DNA of 63,960 nucleotides, counting the filler, from Reclinomonas americana ATCC 50394 (Eukaryota): the NCBI GenBank assembly GCA_048213135.1. It is 54 parts of 54 records of this genome, joined end to end, with 100 filler letters (N's around TTAATTAATTAA, not from the genome) between each part and the next. Parts side by side here need not be neighbours in the genome. Positions count along the whole stretch, not along the records: positions 11,913 to 13,002 come from AFZH01026535.1; positions 13,103 to 14,192 come from AFZH01026536.1; positions 14,293 to 15,383 come from AFZH01026537.1; positions 15,484 to 16,573 come from AFZH01026538.1; positions 16,674 to 17,762 come from AFZH01026539.1; positions 17,863 to 18,951 come from AFZH01026540.1; positions 19,052 to 20,139 come from AFZH01026541.1; positions 20,240 to 21,327 come from AFZH01026542.1; 46 more parts are not named here. The stretch is one strand, 5' to 3'. Below the pieces are notes generated by a model that worked only from the letters and a program-made list of their open reading frames with translations, was not told the origin of the DNA and searched no databases. Every line of letters begins with the position of its first letter. Positions within the stretch are counted from its first letter, which is position 1. Made by a program: the position numbers and the translations under genes. Below, piece by piece: positions 12,451 to 24,989 of the stretch.

Positions 12451-13165
12451 AGAGAGAAAAAATTGAGTGCCTGAGAGAGCGATTGTGAGGCGGATGACGC
12501 GGAGAGATATACGCAACGTGGGAGAGAGAGGAGATAAGAAAGGCGAGAGTGATGGATCGCTGCCGGAGATAAGAACCACGAATTTCTGGGGTACCGACAG
12601 AGACTGCGCTACAGACAAAGAGAGAGAGAATCAATGCGACGTAGATCATTGAAGGCACATTGCACAAGAGCAGGCGCCTGTATGGGCGAGGTTCGAGTCG
12701 CAAACCACATGCCGCCTATCCTTTCTTTGTCGTTTATTCGTTTTCGCTGCATTCTCGCTTTCCGCTTCACCATTCTATTTCCTTTCCTTCCATCTCCTCA
12801 TCCCTCACCCCTCCTCATCTCCGTCCCCCTCTCTCTCCCTCCCTCCCCCCTCTCCTCACCCCCCTCTCCCTTTTCCTTCCTCTCCCCTCTCCCCCTCCCC
12901 CTTCCCCTCCCTTCCCTCCCCCACCCAGGCACCGGCCACCTCTCCATCGTCGCCGGCCTCTGGGTGGACGGCCAGCGCTCCGGCCACATGAGCGACCTCA
13001 TTNNNNNNNNNNNNNNNNNNNNNNNNNNNNNNNNNNNNNNNNNNNNTTAATTAATTAANNNNNNNNNNNNNNNNNNNNNNNNNNNNNNNNNNNNNNNNNN
13101 NNGCAAAAGTGAAAGTGAGCGCACGGAGTGGAATGGCACGAGAGGAGAGGGAGAAGAGACGCACC

Positions 13166-14136
13166 GGCCGATTCCGTGGTCGGCACCATGCCGCGCGCAA
13201 TCGACACCACCTCCTCAATCTCCTCGTGGGAGGTGGGGTTGGGGAGGTGCAAGTTGTTGGCCAGCTGGAAGGCGTGCAGCGCCTGGAAACCCAGATGCAG
13301 CACCGGCGGACGCTCAAACTTGCCATAGTCGCACACGGTGAAGGCCGGGTCGGTCACTCGCTCGCGGAGCGACTTGAACTGCGCAGTCTTCGGCTGCTTC
13401 ACCTCCTGGTAGTAGCCGCCGCCCGAGTACGCGCCAAACGCACGTGTGTCGGAGATGGTGAAGGTGTAGGGGCCGGTCACCGTCACCTTGAACGACTGCC
13501 CATTCACCTCCGTCATGCCCTCGACGTTGGTGAAGGTCACCATGTCGCCTGCACGCGCACGATTCAGAGGGTGGGTGCGGGAGACAAGGGAGGGGAATTG
13601 ACTCACCATCGGCCAGGCCGTGGCGATGCTCCTCGGGCACCGACACCACCGCCGCCTCCTCGTTGGTGATCGACGTGATCATGCCAAACGACGGTTCCTC
13701 GCCATTGGCGTCAAAGATGACAAACTCGTCGCCAAAGTCGCAAAACACCGAGGCAAACACACCGCGCACCTGCACATACACACAGACAACGTCAGCAATC
13801 ACAACATGCAATTCGCGTCGACAACTGCGAGTTCTGTCGTCATCATCACCTCGGCCGAGATGAAACGAATGCCCTTGCGACGGCAGAACTCGTTCCAGTC
13901 AATCATGGTCTGGTACGGCGTGTTGGTGACCACAATGACCTGCACACACACAAGTCAGTTCATGCTCGACCAGCCATCCATGTCGACGCATGTCGACGCA
14001 CCTGGAACTCGGACAGGAAGCTCTCGTCGAGAATGCCGACGTGTGGCGACACCGTGACGTACTGGTTGAGACCAGCGAGACGCGCAATGCACGCATCCAC
14101 GCGGCTGCGGCCCACATCCTCCTCCGACAAGTAGAA
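13166..14136 (-). CDS. UBA1: Ubiquitin-activating enzyme E1 fragment (copy 1)
   Basis: QFYLSEEDVGRSR...LAGLNQYV; RGVFASVFCDFGDEF...NGEEP; HRHGLAD/GDMVTFTNVEGMTEVN; TVTGPYTFTI; QEVKQPK; LHLGFQALHAF. Confidence 0.95.
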
Positions 14137-14649
14137 CTGTGCGTGGAGTGGAGTGAGCACGCGAGCCTGAAATACACTTTGATGGTTGGTGGNNNNNNNN
14201 NNNNNNNNNNNNNNNNNNNNNNNNNNNNNNNNNNNNTTAATTAATTAANNNNNNNNNNNNNNNNNNNNNNNNNNNNNNNNNNNNNNNNNNNNAAAAAGGG
14301 ATGCGAGAGAGGGAAAAGGAACAATGCAAAAGGGACAACTCACAGAGACGTCCGAACCTTGCGATGCATGCACCGGCGATGGTGCACGTGGAGACAGGGA
14401 GAGAGACAGCTCTCCATTTGAGCAGGATTACGGATCGAGCTGCTGAACAGACACAATGAATGATTGAGTGAGTGAGACAGACGCGGCTGATTTCCCATCC
14501 ACACCCCAAGGCGCACACACGCACGTACCTCCAAAAGATGCCTATGTCGCCACATCCAGCAGGTCATCTTCTTTTCTCCTTCGCCTCCTCCCCCTCCTCC
14601 TCCTCAAGGAGAAGACGATGAAATGGCACAACAGCAATGACTGAGGGCC

Positions 14650-15110
14650 GCTAACGAAATTCGGTGGAGGCGAATTGGGAACAATATTCGTCCAGCAGAT
14701 GGAGGTGGAGGTGCGAGTCGCGCTCCATGAGTGTCTCTTGCATCATCAACGAGAGCGTCTGTGCGAGCAAGAAACCATGCTGATGAGTGAGAGCACGCAG
14801 CATGAGAAGAGAGAAAAAAAGAGAGAAACAGGACGATGGGCTGCTGCGGTGTGGAGGTTTCTCTTTTCTTCATCTCTTTAACGACCAGTCTTTCTCTCTC
14901 TCTCCCCACACCGACACCGCTTCTTGCGTCAAGTACACGAAGATTGATCTTCCTTATGTGTTCTGCAAGCCAATGGCTCAAAATGGCAACAACAGCAACC
15001 ACACACACGATCACGAAGACATTCACTCGTTGCGCATCGGAAGAATAGAAAACGGGACAAGCGGCGGACAGCACGGCCGTGAGAACGAAGTGGGTGGAGA
15101 GAGATAAGAG
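14650..15110 (-). CDS. Hypothetical membrane protein exons
   Basis: Hydrophobic helices (VLTAVLSAACPVF; VNVFVIVCVVAVVAILSHWLAEHIRK) followed by an AG-bounded exon TLSLMMQETLMERD. Confidence 0.3.
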
Positions 15111-15483
15111 AGAAGAGAAAGAGGGAAGGGATGACGAATGAATGAGGGAAGGAAGAGTGAAGAAAGAAAGGATGGAGAAGGAATTGAGCGGGGAAGGGAG
15201 GAAGGGATAAAGAAGGAAAAGGAGCTCATGCGGGAAAGAGGCGAAGAAGGAAAGGATACGTAATGGGGAGAGGAATGAGGGAGGGATGAAGAAGGAAAGG
15301 AGTGGGGAAGAAGAAGAGAGGGTGTGGGAGGAGGAAGAAAAAAAGAAAGAGGCGAAGAAGGAAGGAGCTGGGAAGGAGAAAGGNNNNNNNNNNNNNNNNN
15401 NNNNNNNNNNNNNNNNNNNNNNNNNNNTTAATTAATTAANNNNNNNNNNNNNNNNNNNNNNNNNNNNNNNNNNNNNNNNNNNN

Positions 15484-15835
15484 GGATCTTGATGAGCTTC
15501 GAGGGCTTGATGATCAGAATCATGCCGACGAGCACAAAGGCGCCGAGCAGGGCGACGCCGGTGCCCATGAGTCCGAGGCTCTGCGGTTGATGAGGAGAAG
15601 GGCGAGGGTGCAAAGGAGAGAGATGAGGGAGTGGGCAGTGCACATCAAAGGTGATTGATGAAGGAAGAAGCAAGGCAGGAATTACGACACACAAAGCATG
15701 TGCACCAACAAGAGAAACACAGGCGCGCTGCTCCGCTTCAGGAGTCGGGAGCACAACGTACCCGACGACCGATAGCCAGGTTGTTCGTGCCCTCGGGAAT
15801 TCCCGACAAGCCGCACAGCGGAGCGCTGGTGATAC
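15484..15835 (-). CDS. Hypothetical membrane protein exons
   Basis: ITSAPLCGLSGIPEGTNNLAIGRR/SLGLMGTGVALLGAFVLVGMILIIKPSKL joined by a GTACG..AG intron; GC3-rich codons. Confidence 0.4.
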
Positions 15836-16038
15836 TGCGTGACGCACAACAAGCGAGTGAAAACTCACGAGCATCCTCCAACTTTCTGACTCGCTGCGTT
15901 CTGTCTTGCTCGACGATGTGTGTGAGAGAGAGAGAAGGACGTGAGTGCGACTGTGCACATGCGAATGCGAATGCGACGGCGGTGACAAGCGATCACACGA
16001 CAGGCACTCTCACACGCAAGCTGCACAGGAGGCAAAGA

Positions 16039-16069
<31 letters not shown>

Positions 16070-16673
16070 CCCTTCGCTTCCCTACAGCATCTGCACTTTG
16101 AGCGTGATATCTCTCCCTATCTCTCTCTCTCTATCATTCCCTCTCGCCCACGCAACGTCGTCAAGCACGTCTCCATCGCCAACAACCCAAATCGCCACTG
16201 CTCACTCTGCCCGGTCGTCACCAGCTCCGCATACTGCACACACCGAGTGAACCCACTGAGAAGAGGAAGAAGAAACCACCAGGAAAGCACAAATGCGCAA
16301 CTCTCCAGTCATGCATGTAGAGCTGCATTAATCACAATGAGTGAATGATGATCGAATATTGCAATGTGATTCTCTCTCTCTGTTGTTCTCTGTGTGTGCG
16401 CGTGTGTGTGAAAGACACAAAACGGAGAGAGAGTGAGCGTGTGTGCGCGCGAGAGAGGCAGTGCATGCGTCAAGATCAAGTCGCACATAATGTCGGAAGA
16501 ACCGCACACGGGAAAACCAAACAAAGAGACACTCGCCTCTCTCACACACACACACACTCTCTCTCTCTCTCTCNNNNNNNNNNNNNNNNNNNNNNNNNNN
16601 NNNNNNNNNNNNNNNNNTTAATTAATTAANNNNNNNNNNNNNNNNNNNNNNNNNNNNNNNNNNNNNNNNNNNN

Positions 16674-17595
16674 AGCGGCGGCGGTGGTCGGAGAGATGGA
16701 GTCGCGCGATCGCGAGGCCAACATCATTAAGCGACTTTGCGCCACCGCCGCTTCGTCGTCGTCGTCCTGCAAAATTCGCATTGATCCGTCGGCCGAGAGG
16801 CCGCCACCACCACCCCCGCCACCGCCACCATTGGCTCCACCGAGGAGACTGCTGCTGCTGCTGCTGCTCAGGCTCCCATTCAGTGTGCTGGACCGAGTCG
16901 GCTCCTTGTCGGTGGTGGGCGAACTGGGCGTCATGGCCATGCCGTCGCTGCTGCCGCGTCGCAACGACGACGGCGACGATGCCGACGACGCCGACGAGTG
17001 CCGTGGATTGACCGCCTGCTCGTCCAGCGACGGCACAAAGTCGACAGCCGAACCGTCGGTCTCCAAATCGCCGTCTACCATGGAGCTGACTCGTGCCATG
17101 GAGCGTGCCTGGGTGGAAGCAGCATACGACTGTCGAATGTGGCGAAAGAGTGCCGCCAGATTGCCCGACAGATCCAAAAAGTACTCGCTGGCCACAGGCG
17201 CTCCAAAGTGTCGGCACAACTCGTGAATGTTGGTGGCCACGAGGTTCACCGCGTGTTGGAAGCGACCCCGCTCCGAGTTCTTGTTCATAAACAGCGGGAA
17301 ACTGAAACATAGTGTGAGCTGGGGGCTTCAAGGGGAGACGGACACGTAAGTAACACACACACCGTACGAGTTCTCCTCGCACGTACTCCTCGACCATTGA
17401 TCGCGACGCGGCCGGGTAAACTGGATGTCGTAGTGGCAGCTGTGAGGAGGGGACGAATTCTGTTAGCAGACTGGAATGTGGGCAGCGTGGGTTGGCGACG
17501 GCACAGGAAACGCACGTGAAAGTACTTTTCCAGCGAGCGCAAAATCAAACAAATGTGCCCCAGAGCACTGGTCACCGTTTCGTCACCGACTGCAG
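16674..17595 (-). CDS. UVRAG: UVRAG/Vps38/ATG14-family PI3KC3 subunit, C-terminal BARA-like domain
   Basis: TSALGHICLILRSLEKYFH/LPLRHPVYPAASRSMV.../FPLF..NSERGRFQHAVNLVATNIHEL...DLSGNL follows the family pattern ALG..PLRYP..GSRS..FPL..RF.YAV.LL..NI.QL. Confidence 0.72.
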
Positions 17596-17642
17596 ATAGA
17601 AGACGGCGGTGGCCGGTTGGTGACCGACTGGCGCAACACAGA

Positions 17643-17762
<120 letters not shown>

Positions 17763-17904
17763 NNNNNNNNNNNNNNNNNNNNNNNNNNNNNNNNNNNNNN
17801 NNNNNNTTAATTAATTAANNNNNNNNNNNNNNNNNNNNNNNNNNNNNNNNNNNNNNNNNNNNTTGTGGAGGCATGAGCATTCATGTGAGTGTGATGCACA
17901 ACGG

Positions 17905-18951
17905 CGCACAGGCGGGAGTTGTCCTTTGAGCCAGCAATTGCACGCTTCATCCACAACCTGGTGGAGATCGGAGCCGGCGACGAGATTGATCGAGAACACA
18001 ACGAGGCGCGACCCTCACGACGACTGCTGTTCGCTGAGTCTCCGATTCGCGCTGCGCTGAACGTTCGGCCGCCGGCCAAGGTGGCTCTGCAAGGTTCGCG
18101 GTTGTTACCGCATTCGCCGGAGGAGCCGGCGTCAAGTGAGTTGTCTCCCAACATGTTTATTATATTGCTTTCGAACGACGGCAACTGCTGTTGTGGTTGC
18201 TCAAGCCCTTCATGTTTCTTGCAGCCGTGCGTTCGGCATCACGACTCACTGTTCAGTGGGCGGGAGGCATCAGCGTCGGCGGCGTGGTGGAGTTTGTGCC
18301 CGTCGGCGGGCAACCGAGAATGCTGTTGGTCGAGGCCATTTTTGACGACGTTGCTTCGCAGCAGCAGCACGCAAAGCGAGAGGCCTGGGTGGTGGGCAAG
18401 GTGGGCCAAGTGTCCAGCAATCCGCTGTTTGACGGCAGTCGCTGCACGCTGCGTGTGGTGCGGTTCAGGCCGGAAGAGCCGTCGATACGAGTGCCCTTGT
18501 TGCAAATTCTCCGCGCGCGCGCGGTGCACGTCTCTCACCGCAACAACGAGGCACCCAGTGCATGTTGCTACCGCGAGGGTGGCGCTGCACCGCTGCGTGT
18601 GGAGAGCAAGACGATTGGGGCCAAGCTCGGCGTAGTCCTCGACTGCCGGCCTCAGAGTAACATGTCGTTTGACATCAACGACTTTTGTTACCGCCAGTAC
18701 CAGGCCACCATGATCGGCGCAGCCGCAGTGTACGCAGTAAATGCATCACCACCGCCTGCGCACGTCCACGTAGTACTTGTGGCCACACACTCCTCCTCGG
18801 GCTCCGCAGCGAGACAAGTCGACATTGGTCGACTTTCTTCCGACTGTGCACCACTGAGTGCGCGTGAGTGCCTGTGTGGCAGTGGTGCTACTGTGCATGG
18901 GAGACGCACACCAGCGCGTCGTGGCGCGCGACAACTTGGTGCGAGAGTCGA
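17905..18951 (+). CDS. Hypothetical spliced protein, possibly a DNA-transposase C-terminal region
   Basis: Intron 18136-18224 joins ORFs 17919 and 18191 in frame. ISVGGVVEF..LLVEAIF..WVVG..VHVSH..CC..FDINDF is reminiscent of BAH-like C-termini of Plavaka-type transposases (weak). Confidence 0.3.
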
Positions 18952-19051
18952 NNNNNNNNNNNNNNNNNNNNNNNNNNNNNNNNNNNNNNNNNNNNTTAAT
19001 TAATTAANNNNNNNNNNNNNNNNNNNNNNNNNNNNNNNNNNNNNNNNNNNN

Positions 19052-20062
19052 GGCTGGGATAACAATTAACAGTTGTCTATCATTATAGTTATCAGGGTTT
19101 GTCAGCTTCGCGGGTCGCTGCTGTTGGCCACGCAGCCGAGCTGGTTCGGCGGGTGGCGGTGAGCGCGGTGCTCGGCTGGCGCTGCACTCTGGCGGGCGAT
19201 GGGGGATTGGCCTCTTCGTCACGTGCAGTCCGCGACTTGTGGTTGGGTTGTGCACCTCCGCCACCGGTCGCTGTCGCGGAGGGCGGAGGCGCCTTGCCGG
19301 ATGTGGGCTGAGGAGCAGAGTCGGCGCCCGGCTGTGGCAACTGATGCATTGTGTGATCTGTGCGAATACCGATTAGGAGAGTGAGCAACTGCGGTGTGGC
19401 CCTCGGCGTGTGTGATGGTGCGAAGGAGCTGACCGTCGAGACGAATGACAGAGCTCGGTGGTGCCATTTCCAGAACAAGTGCACGCTCTTGCGGGAAAAA
19501 GGAGAGGTCGCCCTGTGTCATGCAAACAATGCCAATGAGGGGACGGCTTCTGGCGACAAGCAGCACACATAGGAAGCAATAATAAACGTACCCGATCCAA
19601 CTGTTGAGAGATGAAGGGAGAGTGAGGGGAGAGAGGAGACATGTGGTTGTTAGTTTTGTGCAAGAGGCTGCAGCGTGCGTGCGCACAACATGCCCCAAAA
19701 TGACAACGCACCAAATCGGCGACATACTGCTCCGTTCCAGTGTACTCCACACGCGGACGCTTGTGCAAGTACACCAGGAAGAAGACGTAGTGCCACATGT
19801 TGTGCTCGACGTCAATGTGACGCGCAAACCCTGTCGACACAGAATCATTGGTTGAGATCACTGGTGCTGGGTGATAGTGGGGAATGTGAAGAGGACCTTC
19901 ACCCAGCCGCTCGAACACGGAACGGTCGAGATGGCACACCGGACAGCGCGAGATCTTGTCGTTCTCAATGCCTTGGCGCTGTACGCAGCAGTGAGATTGT
20001 GGTGCAACAGGGCGTCATATCCGAGAACCACGCTTACCTTTTGTCGGAGCTCCGAGAAAGCA
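19052..20062 (-). CDS. ITPR: IP3 receptor / ryanodine receptor-type Ca2+ release channel, C-terminal domain (copy 1)
   Basis: AFSELRQK/RQGIENDKISRCPVCHLDRSVFE../GFARHIDVEHNMWHYVFFLVYL..EYTGTEQYVADL/LDR/GDLSFFPQERALVL; C2H2 zinc site and EHNMW.Y / EYTG.E.YV motifs. Confidence 0.92.
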
Positions 20063-20302
20063 CTGTGCACAGAGGGGGAAAAAGAAGAAGAAATTGTTAG
20101 TAAGGTATTGCAGTAGCAAGGAGGAGGCATCCACGATGANNNNNNNNNNNNNNNNNNNNNNNNNNNNNNNNNNNNNNNNNNNNTTAATTAATTAANNNNN
20201 NNNNNNNNNNNNNNNNNNNNNNNNNNNNNNNNNNNNNNNACGGAGGTGAAAGTGAGCGCATGGAGTGGAATGGAACGAGAGGAGGGAGAAGAGACGCACC
20301 GG

Positions 20303-21275
20303 CCGATTCCGTGGTCGGCACCATGCCGCGCGCAATCGACACCACCTCCTCAATCTCCTCGTGGGAGGTGGGGTTGGGGAGGCGCAAGTTGTTGGCCAGC
20401 TGGAAGGCGTGCAGCGCCTGGAAACCAAGATGCAGCACAGGCGGACGCTCAAACTTGCCATAGTCGCACACGGTGAAGGCCGGGTCGGTCACTCGCTCGC
20501 GGAGCGACTTGAACTGCGCAGTCTTCGGCTGCTTCACCTCCTGGTAGTAGCCGCCGCCCGAGTACGCGCCAAACGCACGTGTGTCGGAGATGGTGAAGGT
20601 GTAGGGGCCGGTCACCGTCACCTTGAACGACTGCCCATTCACCTCCGTCATGCCCTCGACGTTGGTGAAGGTCACCATGTCGCCTGCATGAGCACGATTC
20701 AGAGGGTGGGTGCGGGAGACCAGAGAGGGGAATCGACGCACCGTCGGCCAGGCCGTGGCGATGCTCCTCGGGCACCGACACCACCGCCGCCTCCTCGTTG
20801 GTGATCGACGTGATCATGCCAAACGACGGCTCCTCGCCATTGGCGTCAAAGATGACAAACTCGTCGCCAAAGTCGCAAAACACCGAGGCAAACACACCGC
20901 GCACCTGCACACATAGAACAACGTCAGCAATCACAACATGCAATTCGCGTCGACAACTGCGAGTTCTGTCGTCATCATCACCTCGGCCGAGATGAAACGA
21001 ATGCCCTTGCGACGGCAGAACTCGTTCCAGTCAATCATCGTCTGGTACGGCGTGTTGGTGACCACAATGACCTGCACACATACACACACAAGTCAGTTCA
21101 TGCTCAACCTGCCATTCATGTCGACGCATGTCGACGCACCTGGAACTCGGACAGGAAGCTCTCGTCGAGAATGCCGACGTGTGGCGACACCGTGACGTAC
21201 TGGTTGAGACCAGCGAGACGCGCAATGCACGCATCCACGCGGCTGCGACCCACATCCTCCTCCGACAAGTAGAAC
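20303..21275 (-). CDS. UBA1: Ubiquitin-activating enzyme E1 fragment (copy 2, probable allele)
   Basis: Near-identical to 13166-14136 with the same intron positions; differences are mostly intronic or synonymous. Confidence 0.95.
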
Positions 21276-21427
21276 TGTGCGTGGAGTGGAGTGAGCACGC
21301 GAGCCTGAAATACACTTTGATGGTTGGNNNNNNNNNNNNNNNNNNNNNNNNNNNNNNNNNNNNNNNNNNNNTTAATTAATTAANNNNNNNNNNNNNNNNN
21401 NNNNNNNNNNNNNNNNNNNNNNNNNNN

Positions 21428-22514
21428 AGCGCATCCTGCTCCTCCAGCACCTTGACGTAGCGAGTGTCCGCAAACACGACGGAAATGCTGTGTAGCAGGT
21501 AGTCGCGAATATCTGCAGCAGCACCCGGTAAATTAAATACAGGCACAGACTGAGACTGGCGAAAAAGGCGCGGCAAACAAGCTCACCGGCATTGACAATT
21601 CGAGTATCCTCAATGTGATTGACCACAAACGAGAGGATTCGCTGCAAGCCAGGTTCGTTGCGGGCTGTTGTGTTTGTTTGTGCATGGTGAGGAGGCGGAA
21701 GAGGAACTGCTTGACTCAATGTCCTCCAGCCGACTCACCGGCAAAATAGTCAAACGAGGGCTCGATACGACGCAGCGAGTGGAAAATGTTGCCGACGGTG
21801 TCCACCAGGAAGCTCGGCAGGTAGTGATACACATTGCGTGCTTCGGCGGGCAGAGACATTACCGCATGTTCCGTGCGACCCGACAGCGCGGACACAAAAT
21901 CGGCCAGGAACACGGCCAGACGGAACGCATTCCGTTGTACTCGCTGCAAGCACGCAAAAATGGTGTGTTTTCTTGGTGACACAACCTACTCCTTTCTCGA
22001 CAACTCACCTCGCGCATGACAAACAGCTTGGCCAGCGCGTGTGCCGCAAACAGTCGATCGAACTTGGAGACGAGCGCATCCACATCGTCGTCTTGGCCAT
22101 TCAAGCGCATGACGTACATGCGCTCACTCAGCGCGCGCATGTCGGCCTCCGTGTTGAGAATCTTGTCGACAACACGCACTGCGCACGAATGGTACGCCAG
22201 TGCTGCCATGAGAATCGCATGCGCATCCACCACGCGCCTCATATCCTCCTCTGTGCATCACTCAAGACAATCAGCAATCTCTCGGCATACACACGCACAC
22301 TCTCCATCTCATGAAAAGGGAAACGGACCCACGGGTCGCTGATCCGAGTCATACGATGACCACATGGGCACCACCATCACCGTCCCCATCTCCTCTGGTG
22401 TGACGGGAAACTCGCGCTGCACGTGCGAGAGCGTGCCGCCGATTAATGACCAACCCAGTGACTCCCACGGCACCTCGATCAAGAAATGCGCCGAGAAGCG
22501 CACATGTGTTGTGC
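21428..22514 (-). CDS. RNF123: RNF123/KPC1/RKP-like E3 ubiquitin ligase, central helical region
   Basis: VYHYLPSFLVDTVGNIFHSLRRIEPSF..LQRILSFVVNHIEDTRIVNA/DIRDYLLHSISV resembles the plant RKP segment YxPEFY...FHVLRK...FVVTHFNDPRI..DLxDLLLQSISV. Confidence 0.72.
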
Positions 22515-22614
22515 NNNNNNNNNNNNNNNNNNNNNNNNNNNNNNNNNNNNNNNNNNNNTTAATTAATTAANNNNNNNNNNNNNNNNNNNNNNNNNNNNNN
22601 NNNNNNNNNNNNNN

Positions 22615-22949
22615 GTGGCGGCGGCGGTGATCGTTATGGCGGCGATCGCGGAGGCGGCGGCGATCGTTATGGAGGCGATCGTGGCGGTGGCGGTGGCGAC
22701 CGGTATGGCGGCGGCAGTGGCGGCGGTGATCGGTATGGTGGTGGTGGCGGTGGTGGCGGCGGCGGAGATCGATATGGAGGCAGTCGACGAGATGATGGTG
22801 GAAGCAGCGGTGGCGGTGGCGCCAGTGGTGGCTATGACGATCGACGAGGCGGCAGCAGGCCAGAAGGAGGCCGCGGAGGCTACGACGATCGTGGCGGTCG
22901 CGGCTATGGAGGCAGCAGCGGCGGTGGCGGCGGCGGTGGTGGTTATTGA
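22615..22949 (+). CDS. RGG/YGG-rich C-terminus of an RNA-binding protein or helicase
   Basis: Frame not in the ORF track: (GGGGDRYGGDR)n...GGYDDRGGRGYGG..GGY then TGA at 22947-22949, followed by an AT-rich 3'UTR. Confidence 0.75.
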
Positions 22950-23162
22950 TTTTTTTCGGCTGTGACAGAAAAAAAGTTGAATGTGAGTCGTGCGTGGTGG
23001 GTAGGTATGTGCGTGCCGCCGGTGAGTGAATTGAAGCAATGGTGAGCGTCTCTTGTAAAACTGTTTCCTTTACATGTGTGCCCTTTATATGAATTATCAT
23101 TTTTCTCTTGTCTCTCGACTTGCACACGCCAGTAATTGAGGATTGATGATTACACGTGAGTA

Positions 23163-23620
23163 TCACGGCGATTCGACTGTGGGCGCCGTATCAAAGTCTT
23201 CTACAGGCGCGGGGAGAGTTCGTACGCTGGGCTCGCCCAGGAAGCGCACCGTGGATGCTCGCCGGCCGGCACGATCTTCAGCGCGCAGTGCGGCGCTTGG
23301 TGGCCGAGAGGCACTAATCGGTCGCTCAATGTGTGCGGCAGCAGTGGCGGCTGTGGTTGATCCGGGTGTCTCGGGCCGTCTTGGTGTGTTGCTGGCCGAC
23401 GAGCCTGCGCTCATGATGGCGAGCGAGGGGCGGCGGGCCAGCTCCGAAATGTTGCGGGTGGCCGGTGTGGTGGAGAAGCGGCGGCGAGAGTTGCGGTGCA
23501 CGGACGAGGCGAGTGAGGGGCGCCGTACGTCAGCCGAGGTGACATTCGAGGCGACAAAGAAGGTCTCGGTGATCTCGGGACCCTCGCGCTTGCCGGCGGC
23601 ACTCTTGACCTCGTGGTAAT
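23163..23620 (-). CDS. Disordered S/R/P-rich 3' terminal exon of a hypothetical protein, convergent with the RGG gene
   Basis: AG-bounded exon with repeated RRPSL/RRxS PKA-type sites, ending VESP-TGA. Confidence 0.5.
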
Positions 23621-24089
23621 CTGCATGGGAGGGGTGAGCGACACGCGGCTTATCAAGCGGTCAAGGGGTCGCGGAGCATGCCCGCATACCTTGCACGGCC
23701 ACNNNNNNNNNNNNNNNNNNNNNNNNNNNNNNNNNNNNNNNNNNNNTTAATTAATTAANNNNNNNNNNNNNNNNNNNNNNNNNNNNNNNNNNNNNNNNNN
23801 NNGGGAAGAAGGGGAAGAAGGAAAGAAGGGAAAGAAGGGAAAGAAGGGAAAGAAGGGAAAGAAGGGAAAGAAGGGAAAGAAGGGAAAGAAAAAAGGGAGA
23901 AGGGAGAGAAGGGGGAGGAGGGGGAAGTGAGGAAAGAAGGGGAAGAAGGGGAAGAAGGGGAAGAAGGGGAAGACGGGAAAGAGGAGAAAGAGGGGAAAGA
24001 AGGGAGAGAAGGGAGAGAAGGGAACGAAGGGGGAAGTAAGGGAGATGTGAGGAGAGCAACCAAGGAGGAGAGGTTGTATGAAGCGCAAC

Positions 24090-24723
24090 TTGCGATGGCG
24101 TTGTCGGCTGTGACGATGAGCTCGACAAGTCACCGTCCGAGTCATACGACATGGAGCTGGAGGGACCAGCGGCCGCAGCTGATGCAGGAAGGGAATTTTA
24201 GCGGTGGAGAATTAGGGGAATGACAACATCAGTCGGGCACAAACCGAGAGAGTACGATGATGGAGGAGGACGAGCGCTGGCCGACATACCACCGGCATCT
24301 AACACACACAGATGTGAGCGAAAAAAACAAATCGACAACTTCGGTTTGCAGCAAGACACACTGTACCTCCGACGCGATGCACACGGCGCATGACATCTTC
24401 GCGCTGGCGAGGAATCGACAGTCCTTCGGGAACATTAGGCGGGCGCGCCAGCAGCGTTGCGTATGTGCCGTACAGGCGCGTGCACAGAGTGAGTGCAAAT
24501 CGCGCATTGTTGGTGAACTGCGGTGCAACTGGTAAGCATCTCGCGTCAAAGACAACAACTCAAAATGCACAGACACGTACCGCATCAAAGGACGCATCGG
24601 GCGCCACTTGCTGGCCAAGACGGCTCTTGGCGGCATCCAGCTTGCGCACCTCCATCAGATACTGCGTGCAGTCGTATGCGTTCAAGCGCTCTTGCTGGCC
24701 GAACGAGTGCACCAGGAAGCAGC
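24090..24723 (-). CDS. Hypothetical spliced protein fragment
   Basis: Phase-consistent exons CFLVHSFGQQERLNAYDCTQYLMEVRKLD../FTNNARFALTLCTRLYGTYATLLARPP.. between pyrimidine-rich introns. Confidence 0.4.
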
Positions 24724-24989
24724 TGTGTACGGGGAGGGCGAAAGGGGAGTGTGAGGGAAGGGGAAGGGGTGAGGGAGGAAGAGAGGGAGGGAGAAAGGGA
24801 GGGAGGTGAAGGTGAATGGAAGGGGCAGAGGAAGGAGAGAGGGAGAGAAATATACGAAGAGAAAGAAAGAAAGAAAGAAAGAAAGAAAGNNNNNNNNNNN
24901 NNNNNNNNNNNNNNNNNNNNNNNNNNNNNNNNNTTAATTAATTAANNNNNNNNNNNNNNNNNNNNNNNNNNNNNNNNNNNNNNNNNNNN

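Noticed and set aside
14608..14710. Plus-strand frame with an in-frame TGA (14642-14644) suggesting selenocysteine or UGA reassignment
   Set aside because: No homology support; the minus strand offers a better exon; TGA serves as the stop in SART1, ACX4 and the RH gene.
20063..20139. Possible non-GT donor in IP3R (ATC GTG GA / T GCT TTC would give the expected IVDAFSELR)
   Set aside because: It sits within 10 nt of the contig end. A GT donor giving SSAFSELR, or a purely intronic coincidence, cannot be excluded without transcripts.
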